Source: Kiritimatiellia bacterium
Lineage (GTDB): Bacteria; Verrucomicrobiota; Kiritimatiellia; RFP12; UBA1067
Reading direction: 5' to 3'
Assembly (NCBI GenBank): GCA_017962315.1
Contig: JAGCVN010000106.1
Location: 1-63,099, forward strand
DNA: 63,099 nucleotides
In this document: positions 47,866-56,660 of the stretch, in pieces
Numbering within the stretch: position 1 is the stretch's first letter
Layout: every line of letters starts with the position of its first letter
Notes under the pieces: model-generated
Told to the model about the DNA's origin: nothing
Database searches by the model: none
The model's input: the letters and a program-made list of their open reading frames with translations, nothing else
Translations under genes and position numbers: made by a program

Positions 47866-48924
47866 ATGAACAGTTGCAGGATCGAATTACAGGATTGCAC
47901 ATTCTCCGACGCCGAGATTGCCGCGACGGCGGAGAAGGGTCGCCTGTTGACGATGGAGGTGGAGGTCACGACGGTCTGCAACTTCCGCTGCCCCTACTGT
48001 TACGTGTCCGGCGACATCCCTTGCCACACCATGCCTTACGCGCTCTTCGAGGAAATCCTCGCCCAGGCGCGTAAACTCGGTGCCCGACGGATCGTCCTAC
48101 TCGGCGGCGAACCGATGCTGCATCCCCGTATTGCCGACATGGTGGCCGCGATCCATGCGGGAGGGATGATTCCCGAACTGTTCACGAACGGCGTCCGCCT
48201 CACGGAGGAATTGTTACGGCGTTTCTACGACTGCGGCGCATTCCTCGTTTTGAAATACAACGCGATGACGCCGGAAGGACAGAACCGCATGGGGGGTGTC
48301 CCTGACGCGGACGTGACGATCCAGAAAGCCTTCCTCGCGCTCACACACGTGTACCGGGAGAAGAAAACGGAGGGGTTGCCGCCGCCGGCGTTCGGTCTCA
48401 GCACCATAATCAGCAGGGCGAATTACGGAGACATCGAGGAAATCTGGCGGCTCGCCCGCCGCCACGGCTTTCTGCCTTGCGTGGAGCGAATGAACCCCGT
48501 CAGCCATGCGGTGGCGAACGGAGCGTGGTTGAACGTCACGCAGGCGGAGACCCATGCAATGTTCGAGCTGTTGGCAAGAATCGACCGGGAGGAGTTCGGG
48601 CTGTCCTGGTCCGTCCAGCCCCCGCTCGTGGGCCGCCGTTGTCTCCGCAACCTCTATTCCTGTACGGTTTCTCCGGACGGTTCCGTCAAACCGTGCGTCG
48701 GCATCCCGCTTGTCGTCGGGAATGTGATGGCGACACCACTCGCCGACATCCTTCGGGAGAGCAAGGTTATCCGGGACCTGCGTCACTACCGCGAAACGAT
48801 GCACGGACCATGCCGCAACTGTCCCCGTTTCTCCGGTTGTTACGGTTGCCGGGGAAGCGCGTACCAACTGACGGGCGATTATCTTGCCAGCGATCCATTA
48901 TGCTGGAACAACCAAAAGGAGTAA
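47866..48924 (+). CDS. Radical SAM protein with a SPASM domain
   Basis: CNFRCPYC, GGEP, FTNG, C...G.VKPC, CRNC....CYGCRGSAY..TGDYLASDPLCW. Confidence 0.9.
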   Translation: MNSCRIELQDCTFSDAEIAATAEKGRLLTMEVEVTTVCNFRCPYCYVSGDIPCHTMPYALFEEILAQARKLGARRIVLLGGEPMLHPRIADMVAAIHAGGMIPELFTNGVRLTEELLRRFYDCGAFLVLKYNAMTPEGQNRMGGVPDADVTIQKAFLALTHVYREKKTEGLPPPAFGLSTIISRANYGDIEEIWRLARRHGFLPCVERMNPVSHAVANGAWLNVTQAETHAMFELLARIDREEFGLSWSVQPPLVGRRCLRNLYSCTVSPDGSVKPCVGIPLVVGNVMATPLADILRESKVIRDLRHYRETMHGPCRNCPRFSGCYGCRGSAYQLTGDYLASDPLCWNNQKE

Positions 48925-48927
48925 GAA

Positions 48928-51222
48928 TTGACAGCGAAAGAAGAACAGAAACGGCTTGAATTCCTTCGCAGTGAAATCAATCGCCACGACCGTCTGTACT
49001 ACGTGGAGGCACGTCCGGAGATCGGCGACGCCGACTATGACCTTCTCTACCGCGAGATGCTGGCGATCGAACAGGCCCATCCGGAATGGGTGACGCCCGA
49101 CTCGCCCTCGCAGCGCGTCAGCGGCGCACCGGTTTCCGGTTTCAAACAAGTCCGGCACGACCCTCCCATGCGCTCGCTCGACAAGACCCATTCAAAGGGG
49201 GAACTCGGCGAGTTCGATACCTTTCTCCGCAAGCAACTCCCCGGCGAGGTATGGGACTACGTGGTCGAACCGAAGGTGGACGGCGTTTCGCTTTCCCTCC
49301 TCTACCTCGACGGTGTCCTGACGCGCGCCGCGACACGCGGAAACGGCGAAATCGGAGACGACATCACCCAGAACATGAAGACCATCAAGTCCATTCCGCT
49401 GCGCATTCCCGACGCGCCTCCCGTTCTGGAAGTCCGGGGTGAGTGTTACATGACGCGGAAAGGATTCGCCGAACTCAACCGGCGCGAAGAAGAGGCGGGC
49501 CGCGAACCGTTCGCAAACCCGCGTAACGCCGCCGCCGGTTCGATGAAGCAGCTAGATCCGGCGGAAGTCGCCCGCCGTCCGCTCGACATCGTGATCTACG
49601 CCTCCGGCGCAATCACCGGCAAGACGTTCGCCACACACACCGAAATGATCCGCCAGTTCGCGAAATGGGGATTCAAGACGCCGCCCTGGCAACGCCTCTG
49701 CGTCGACATCGAGGCCGTCTACGCGGCAATCGACGAGTTGGAGCGGATGCGGCATGACTTCCCCTTCGAAATCGACGGCGCGGTCGTGAAACTGAACCGA
49801 CGCGACCTCTACGGGGCGCTCGGCATGACCGCCCACGCGCCGCGCTGGGCACGCGCCTACAAGTATGCGCCGGAACGTGCCGAGACGCGCATCCGTGCCG
49901 TCACCGTGCAGGTCGGGCGGACCGGCGTACTCACACCGGTCGCGGAGCTAGACCCCGTCCCGCTCGCCGGATCGGTCATTGCCCGTGCCACGCTGCACAA
50001 CGCCGAGGACGTCGCCCGCCGCGACATCCGCGTGGGCGACCACGTGTGGCTGGTGAAGGCGGGCGACGTCATTCCCGCCATCGACAGCGTAATCATCGAA
50101 AAACGCGACGGGAGCGAACAGGTTTTCACCATGCCCGACACCTGTCCGGAGTGCGGCGCCCCCGCCGTCAAACTTGGAGGGGAGGTCGCGACGCGCTGTA
50201 CGAATCCCGTATGCCCCGCGCAGCGGATCGGGCGTTTGATCCACTTCTGTTCCCGGAACGCGCTCGACATCCGCGCCATCGGCGATAAAGTGGCCGACGC
50301 ACTCGTCACGCAAGGGCTCGTTGAAGACCCGCTAGACCTCTTTTCGTTGACAAAGGCCCAGCTGGAAAACCTCAACATCGGGGATGAAAAAAACGGCATC
50401 CGCCGTTTCGGGAAAAACGCCTCCAGCACGCTGGAAACGCTGGGGACGGCGCGGGAGCGGACGCTTGAACGCTGGCTGTTCGCGATCGGCATCCCGAACA
50501 TCGGCGTGACCGCAGCCGAACAGGTGGCGGGCGTCCATCGCGATCTCGCGCATCTCGCCTCACTGGAGGTTGTCGACGCCGTCTTGCGTCTCTATGAACT
50601 GGGCGAGATCGCAGCGACCGCCAAACGAGAGAAACGCACGGAAGACTTCAACCGGGCCTGCGGCGAAATCGGCGTAATCGGAAATTCACTCGTCGAACTT
50701 GGCGCGGCGAGCGAGGTTCCGGAAACCGCGCTCCCGACGGAATACGTCTGCGTAATCAAACCGGAAATGGCGAAATCGCTCCACGCCTTTTTCACCTCCC
50801 CCTACGGGAAGCAATTCGTGGAACGGCTTGACGCGCTCGGCATCCACCCGAAGGCAAAGGAAAAGCCAGCCTCGGCCAACGGCGCATTGACCGGCAAGAC
50901 GTTCGTCCTCACTGGTTCGCTTTCGCGTCCGCGCACGGAGATTGCGGAGTTGATCAAGGCTGCGGGAGGGATCGTGCAGGGATCGGTCAGCGGGAAGACC
51001 AACTTCCTCGTCGCGGGCGAGAACGTCGGCGCGGCGAAAACGCAGAAGGCCGCCGCGCTCGGAACCAAGGTCATCCATGAAGAAGAATTGATGGCGATGC
51101 TACAGGGAGGGGCCGTCCCCGTCGCCGCCGAACCGCCGCAGAATCCGCCCGCAGCGAAACCTTCCCCGTCGCGGAAAAAGCAGAAGGAAGATTCCGTCTA
51201 CACACAGGAGCTGCTTTTTTGA
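48928..51222 (+). CDS. ligA: NAD-dependent DNA ligase
   Basis: EPKVDG, ATRGNG, EVRGE, FANPRNAAAGS, VGRTG, KAGDVIP, CPEC..CTNPVC, BRCT FVLTGSL. Confidence 0.97.
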   Translation: MTAKEEQKRLEFLRSEINRHDRLYYVEARPEIGDADYDLLYREMLAIEQAHPEWVTPDSPSQRVSGAPVSGFKQVRHDPPMRSLDKTHSKGELGEFDTFLRKQLPGEVWDYVVEPKVDGVSLSLLYLDGVLTRAATRGNGEIGDDITQNMKTIKSIPLRIPDAPPVLEVRGECYMTRKGFAELNRREEEAGREPFANPRNAAAGSMKQLDPAEVARRPLDIVIYASGAITGKTFATHTEMIRQFAKWGFKTPPWQRLCVDIEAVYAAIDELERMRHDFPFEIDGAVVKLNRRDLYGALGMTAHAPRWARAYKYAPERAETRIRAVTVQVGRTGVLTPVAELDPVPLAGSVIARATLHNAEDVARRDIRVGDHVWLVKAGDVIPAIDSVIIEKRDGSEQVFTMPDTCPECGAPAVKLGGEVATRCTNPVCPAQRIGRLIHFCSRNALDIRAIGDKVADALVTQGLVEDPLDLFSLTKAQLENLNIGDEKNGIRRFGKNASSTLETLGTARERTLERWLFAIGIPNIGVTAAEQVAGVHRDLAHLASLEVVDAVLRLYELGEIAATAKREKRTEDFNRACGEIGVIGNSLVELGAASEVPETALPTEYVCVIKPEMAKSLHAFFTSPYGKQFVERLDALGIHPKAKEKPASANGALTGKTFVLTGSLSRPRTEIAELIKAAGGIVQGSVSGKTNFLVAGENVGAAKTQKAAALGTKVIHEEELMAMLQGGAVPVAAEPPQNPPAAKPSPSRKKQKEDSVYTQELLF

Positions 51223-51710
51223 ACGTCACCGTTTACAACCATCAGCGGAAAATCCGCTTGGACCGTCGCACGCTCGCCGGGGCGGCCCGGCGGCTTGCCT
51301 CGTTCGCGGAGCGCCGGTGCGCACCGGAAGAACGCCCCTGGCGCGAACTCGTCATCCATGTATTGGACGACGCGGGCATCGCGCCGGTCAACCAGGCCGT
51401 CGTCGGGCATGAGGGCGCCACGGACGTGATCACGCAACGGTACGACCCCCTACCCGGCGAACCGCAGGGATTGCAGGGGGAACTGTTCGTGAACGCGCAA
51501 CGGGCGGCCGAAATCGCGGAGCACAACAAGCGATGGACGTTCGATCGGGAACTCGCGCTCTACATCGCACACGGGTGCGACCATCTGACGGGGGCGGACG
51601 ACCACGAGCCGGATGACTACGCCCGCATGCGCCGCCGTGAGCTGCGGTGGCTGAAACGTCTCGGCGACGTCAACTTCCTATGCGGCGGAACGGGAGGCGC
51701 CTCTCGATGA
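51219..51710 (+). CDS. ybeY: rRNA maturation endoribonuclease YbeY
   Basis: ATDVIT, GELFV, HGCDHLTGADDH metal-binding motif. Confidence 0.88.
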   Translation: MNVTVYNHQRKIRLDRRTLAGAARRLASFAERRCAPEERPWRELVIHVLDDAGIAPVNQAVVGHEGATDVITQRYDPLPGEPQGLQGELFVNAQRAAEIAEHNKRWTFDRELALYIAHGCDHLTGADDHEPDDYARMRRRELRWLKRLGDVNFLCGGTGGASR

Positions 51711-52630
51711 ATGAAGGCGGCGGGCGTCCGGCAAAAGGTATTCTGTATATCCTTGCCTCCTCCTTCTTCTTCGCCTTGATGGGGGTGTTTGTCCGGCTTG
51801 CCGGCGATGTCCCGTTCCTCCAGAAGACCTTCTTCCGGAACGGGATCGCATTTGTGATCGCCGCCGTCGCACTTCTCCATGCCGGACGGAAACATCCCGA
51901 TGTTTGGAAATTACCCCAAGGGGGGCTCCGTTTCCTTCTCTTGCGTTCACTTGCGGGGACAATCGGCATTTTCGGAAATTTCTATGCACTCGGACGGATC
52001 AACATCGCCGATGCGGCGACGCTGAACAAACTTTCGCCCTTTTTCGCGATCGTTTTCAGTTTTCTGCTGCTGGGCGAGCGGATCCTCGCAATCCCGTTGC
52101 TGGCGGTATTCGGCGCGATGGGTGGCGCGATGCTGGTGATGAAACCCGCGTTCGACTCGGCGGATCCGGTTCCGTATCTCGCAGGATTCGTCGGCGGGAT
52201 CGGTGCCGGTTTTGCCTACACCTGTATCCGCCGGTTGAAATTCCTCGGCGTGGATGGCGCGTTGATCGTGACCTTCTTCTCCGCGTTCTCCACGTTCGCC
52301 GTCGTTCCCTATCTCGCCTTCCACTACACGCCCATGACGGCGGCGCAGACCTGGATCCTGACAGGAGCCGGTGTCGCGGCGGCAGGCGGACAGTTCTGCG
52401 TGACCGCCGCGTACTTTGCCGCCCCAGCTTCACGAATCGGCATCTTCGACTACTCGCAGATCATCTTCTCCTCGTTGCTGGGATTCTTTGTCTTCGCACA
52501 AGTCCCCGACCTCTGGAGCGTTCTCGGCTATGTGACGATCGTGGCGATGGCCGTCCTGGCGACACACGCGGGAGGGGCGCCGTCTAGTGCGGCTCAAAAC
52601 GGAGACGGGCAGGAATGCGGACGCCCGTAG
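51707..52630 (+). CDS. DMT/EamA family transporter
   Basis: ATG 51707 overlapping the ybeY stop; about 10 TM segments, FFRN, LLGER, GQFCVTAAY. Confidence 0.88.
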   Translation: MNEGGGRPAKGILYILASSFFFALMGVFVRLAGDVPFLQKTFFRNGIAFVIAAVALLHAGRKHPDVWKLPQGGLRFLLLRSLAGTIGIFGNFYALGRINIADAATLNKLSPFFAIVFSFLLLGERILAIPLLAVFGAMGGAMLVMKPAFDSADPVPYLAGFVGGIGAGFAYTCIRRLKFLGVDGALIVTFFSAFSTFAVVPYLAFHYTPMTAAQTWILTGAGVAAAGGQFCVTAAYFAAPASRIGIFDYSQIIFSSLLGFFVFAQVPDLWSVLGYVTIVAMAVLATHAGGAPSSAAQNGDGQECGRP

Positions 52631-52762
52631 AACCGGCAGCTTGCCCGTTTCGGTACGGTCTGGAATTTAAGAGACGAGGAAAAACTTCGCGTATTCCGAA
52701 TGCGGGGATGCGCCGCAAGATTCTTCTTGCCATTTCGGGAGGTTTCTCCGCATACTAGACGC

Positions 52763-53518
52763 ATGAAAAATGCAAACGGGAAGCGGGAGAAATCCACGGG
52801 TAAAAAGAAGGGGCTTTTTGCCCGCATCGGCAATAACATCTTCATCGGTGTTATTCTGATTACGCCGTTGATTGCCACCGTGTTGATCTTCAACTTCCTG
52901 CTGCGGATCACGACTTCGTGGATTCCGCCGAAATTGCTTCAACGCGTATTCCCGCAACTGGGGGAACTGTACAACGGCTACCTGATCAAGGTGATCGTCC
53001 TCATTGCCATCCTCGCAATGCTGTTCATGCTGGGCGTGTTCGCCCATAACTTCCTCGGCAAATTCTTCCTGAAACTCTTTGACCGCATCCTGTCCCGCAT
53101 CCCCTTCATCCGCAACATCTACGTCTTCATCCGGCAGATCTGCGAATGGATCGCACGTAGCATGTCCCAGGGGGGAAACTCGATCTTCCAGTCGGTCGTC
53201 ATGGTCGAATACCCGCGCAAGGGGTGTTACGCCATCGGGTTCACCACTTCGGAAACGCTCCCCGGACTCGCGAAGAAACTGCCCCACCATCCGGATGGGA
53301 CACCGCGCGAGTTTGTCAACGTGTTCATCCCGACGACGCCGAACCCGACCTCCGGGTTCTTCCTCATTTTCCCGAAAGAAGAGACGACCCCGATGGACAT
53401 CGACGTCCCCTCGGCGGTCAACTTGATCATCAGTGCGGGTGCGATCCTTCCCGAGCACGATGCGGAGAAGGATTCCTTCCTCAAACTGATCGACTCCATC
53501 GGCGGGAACGCACAGTGA
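52763..53518 (+). CDS. DUF502 membrane protein
   Basis: RIPFIRNIY, VEYPRKG.YAIGF, VFIPTTPNPTSG, IISAG. Confidence 0.9.
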   Translation: MKNANGKREKSTGKKKGLFARIGNNIFIGVILITPLIATVLIFNFLLRITTSWIPPKLLQRVFPQLGELYNGYLIKVIVLIAILAMLFMLGVFAHNFLGKFFLKLFDRILSRIPFIRNIYVFIRQICEWIARSMSQGGNSIFQSVVMVEYPRKGCYAIGFTTSETLPGLAKKLPHHPDGTPREFVNVFIPTTPNPTSGFFLIFPKEETTPMDIDVPSAVNLIISAGAILPEHDAEKDSFLKLIDSIGGNAQ

Positions 53519-53531
53519 CGGACGACGTATC

Positions 53532-54461
53532 ATGACGACAATCGACTTGCAGATTCGCGCCAACCTGGCTTTGCGCGTCACACGCGAAGGATTGGCGGTC
53601 AACATTGTCCTCTTCCTCGTCAAACTCACGGCGGGAATCGTAGGGCATTCGCAGGCGATGCTGGCGGACGCGGTACACACGCTTTCCGATTTTGTTTCCG
53701 ACATCGCCGTCCTCCTCGGCATTCGCTATTCGTCAAAACCTGTCGACACCGACCATGCCTATGGGCACGGGCAGTACGAGACGCTGACGGCGGCCTTCAT
53801 CGGACTGTTGTTGTTCGGGGTCGGACTCAAAATCGGCTGGGAGGCCGTCCGGTCCTTGATTGCCGCATTGGACGGCGCACTCCCCGAACCGCCGGAACGG
53901 CTTGCCTTCTGGGCGGCGATTCTTTCGGTCATCGCGAAAGAGGCAATCTTCCGCCGCACGTTCGCCGTCGGGAAACTCACACAGAACGATGCCTTGATCG
54001 CCAACGCCTGGCACCACCGTTCGGACGCCTTCTCCTCGGTTGCCACCTCGCTCGGTATCGGGGCTGCCGTCTTTCTGGGCAAGGAATGGTCGGTGATGGA
54101 CCCGGTCGCCGCGCTGTTCACCAGTTTTCTCCTGTTGCGCGTCTCCCTCGGCATCATCCGCGAGAAGGTCGGAGGGTTGACCGAACGCGCCCTACCGGGC
54201 GAGCAGCTGGAAGAAATCCGGAACCTCGTCCTCTCCTACCCCGAATTCTCCGAACCGCACAACTTGCGGACGCGCATGGTCGGACCAGTCCACGTCATCG
54301 ACCTCCATGTCCGAGTACGCCCTGAAATGAGCGTATTCGAGGCGCACCGGCTCGCCTCCCTGCTGGAAAATGACCTCCAACATCGCTTCGGCGAGGAGAC
54401 CATCACCAATATCCATGTCGAGCCGTTGGCGAGGCCGCCATCCGCCGTAGACGCAGGATGA
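53532..54461 (+). CDS. Cation diffusion facilitator (CDF) transporter
   Basis: ADAVHTLSD, HAYGHG, NAWHHRSD, DLHV, IHVEP. Confidence 0.92.
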   Translation: MTTIDLQIRANLALRVTREGLAVNIVLFLVKLTAGIVGHSQAMLADAVHTLSDFVSDIAVLLGIRYSSKPVDTDHAYGHGQYETLTAAFIGLLLFGVGLKIGWEAVRSLIAALDGALPEPPERLAFWAAILSVIAKEAIFRRTFAVGKLTQNDALIANAWHHRSDAFSSVATSLGIGAAVFLGKEWSVMDPVAALFTSFLLLRVSLGIIREKVGGLTERALPGEQLEEIRNLVLSYPEFSEPHNLRTRMVGPVHVIDLHVRVRPEMSVFEAHRLASLLENDLQHRFGEETITNIHVEPLARPPSAVDAG

Positions 54462-54504
54462 GGGGGCGTGTAACCCATTGTTCACGAATCCGCCCCCTTT
54501 TCTT

Positions 54505-54702
54505 CGGGACTTCGTGCATAAGTATGGGTCTGGTTCAACCGACAAAAGGCATTTTCGAGGTGTGAAACGCCGTTTCCCCCCGAGAAAGCAACGGGCGGGA
54601 AACCTTGCGCGTTTTTGAGTACAGAGGCGCAGAGAAAGGGCAACGGGGACGTTACCCCGCCCAGACTGCGAACGCAAAGGAGGGGTAACGTCCCCGCTGC
54701 CC
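54505..54702. mobile_element. MITE-like element, copy 3 (left arm only) ending in an inverted REP pair
   Basis: GGGACTTCGTGCATAAGT start homologous to copies 1 and 2; then GGGCAACGGGGACGTTACCCC ... GGAGGGGTAACGTCCCCGCTGCCC. Confidence 0.7.
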
Positions 54703-54788
54703 TTCGCGGGGCGGGTCGGACGGCAGGAGTGCGTGTGTAGTTTTTAACGCATTTCCCAAATCTCACCCCCCCGGGTATTTCGCTGGGG

Positions 54789-55742
54789 TCACATACCGAA
54801 TACAGACATCGCGAAACTGATCACCGCCGGCATAGTGAGGATACTGAGCAGGGTGGTTCCGCTCACCAGCCCGACGGAAAGTTCCACGTCCGAACCGTAT
54901 TTCGCGGCAAGCATCGAGGTCATCGCCGCAACGGGGGCGGAAGCCGAGACAACGAGCGCGAGCATCATTGTCGGATCAAGCGAGAGGAGGTTCCTGAACA
55001 CGACAAGCGCACCGACCATCAAAAGCGGATACGCCACAAGTCGAAACACCGCCGCGACGTATGCGTGCGGCAAACGGAACATCGCCCCCATCTTCGCCCC
55101 CGCCAGGTAGTAGCCGATCACGATCATCGCGAGCGGCGTGTTGAGATCGGCGAGACATTTCACCGGCACGTGCAAAACCGCCGGCAGGGAGAAGGAGGTG
55201 AAAAACACCGGGAGCCCGAGTGCGATACCGACCGTTCCCGGATTGATGAACATCAGTTTCGCCGAACGCCCGGTCAACGAACGCATCGACACGCCGCGCA
55301 TCGTACTGTAGCCCCAACTCCACATGACGAGGTTGAAAATCCCCACGTAGACAACCCCGTAGAAGACGCCTACGTCCCCTAGCAACGCCTGTTCAAGGGG
55401 AACCCCCATGAACCCCGCGTTCGAGAAAACGGCCGCAACCCGCAAGACGTTCTGTTTCGCCGCGTCGCGGTGACGGAGGAAAAAGTTGACGAATACGATG
55501 GCGGCAAGATGCCCCGCGAACGCAAACAGGGCGGCAAATCCGAGCCCCCGCAACATCGAGGGCGCGAACGGCCGCTCAAATGCGTGCAAGACCAATGCAG
55601 GCGTCACGACAAGGACCAGGAGATCGACAATCCCCTTGATACACGCATCGTTGAGCAAGCGGATCTTCCGGCAGATGAATCCGACCGACATAAGCGCGAA
55701 AAGGACACCCACCTGAACCGCCACAGCAAACAAGTTTTCCAT
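54789..55742 (-). CDS. AEC (auxin efflux carrier) family transporter
   Basis: FSNAGFMGVP, NPG, TPLAMIVIG, APVA, TLLSILTMP. Confidence 0.9.
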   Translation of the reverse strand: MENLFAVAVQVGVLFALMSVGFICRKIRLLNDACIKGIVDLLVLVVTPALVLHAFERPFAPSMLRGLGFAALFAFAGHLAAIVFVNFFLRHRDAAKQNVLRVAAVFSNAGFMGVPLEQALLGDVGVFYGVVYVGIFNLVMWSWGYSTMRGVSMRSLTGRSAKLMFINPGTVGIALGLPVFFTSFSLPAVLHVPVKCLADLNTPLAMIVIGYYLAGAKMGAMFRLPHAYVAAVFRLVAYPLLMVGALVVFRNLLSLDPTMMLALVVSASAPVAAMTSMLAAKYGSDVELSVGLVSGTTLLSILTMPAVISFAMSVFGM

Positions 55743-55754
55743 ATCGTTCCTTCC

Positions 55755-56474
55755 TTATCGGAGCCAGTCCAAGACGGCGGCGAGCGCGACGCACGCCGTA
55801 TCCGTCCGGAGAATGCGGCACCCCAGGGAAAACGGCTGGAATCCGCGCACAAGAAACGACTCGCACTCGTACTCCGTCCACCCGCCCTCCGGCCCGACGG
55901 CGAGCGTCACCGTATGCGCTCCGGAAACACCCGCCGGATCAACGACCGTGGACGACGGATGCGCAAGAAGGCGCGGCGCAGCCGGGAAAAGTCCCTCCAG
56001 CCGGTCTTCCACAAACGGCTTAAACAGCGGGCAGATTTCGACCTTCGGCAGACGGGTCAAACCGGCCTGCTGAAGCCCTTCCAACAGAAGCGGGCGGAAG
56101 GAAGCCGGGTCAAGCCACTGACTGCTGAAGTAGAACTTCTCGACCTTCGCCGCGTTGAGGAGGAATACACGGCGCAACCCCAGCGACGTCAACGGTGCCC
56201 AGAGGCGCTTGAGTACCTTCGGACGGGGTATCGCCAAAATCAAGTCCAGCCACGGTTCGGGCGGCTCCTCCGTGTGGGACGGACGCAGGAAAACCGAACC
56301 GCCATCAATCGAAAGCACGACGGAGGTACCGGCCAGCCCATCCACCGTCCCCGTCTTGAGGATCTGTCCCGGTCGTCCATGCAGCACGCGTAGAATGTGT
56401 TCGGCACGTTTTCCAGAAAGAACGGCGGTGCCGTCGTCCCGGATCTCGCCCGCTTCGAAAAGGATCCTGTTCAT
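55755..56474 (-). CDS. rsmE: 16S rRNA m3U1498 methyltransferase
   Basis: Start MNRILF at 56474; HILRVL, EGLQQA, VGPEGG, LGCRILRTDTA. Confidence 0.9.
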   Translation of the reverse strand: MNRILFEAGEIRDDGTAVLSGKRAEHILRVLHGRPGQILKTGTVDGLAGTSVVLSIDGGSVFLRPSHTEEPPEPWLDLILAIPRPKVLKRLWAPLTSLGLRRVFLLNAAKVEKFYFSSQWLDPASFRPLLLEGLQQAGLTRLPKVEICPLFKPFVEDRLEGLFPAAPRLLAHPSSTVVDPAGVSGAHTVTLAVGPEGGWTEYECESFLVRGFQPFSLGCRILRTDTACVALAAVLDWLR

Positions 56475-56660
56475 CGCGCCGGAAAGTCTACCCGATTCCC
56501 CTCTTTTCCACAATCCCAATCCAAGGTGAATTCAATTGAACGACACGAGGCTCCTTTGATATACTGACAGCCGTTACGGCGTGGCAGTCATCCTTCGTCC
56601 AAGAGGGACATTCATCTGCGACAACTTCGCCGGAACCCAGACGGATAAGAGGTACATCAA

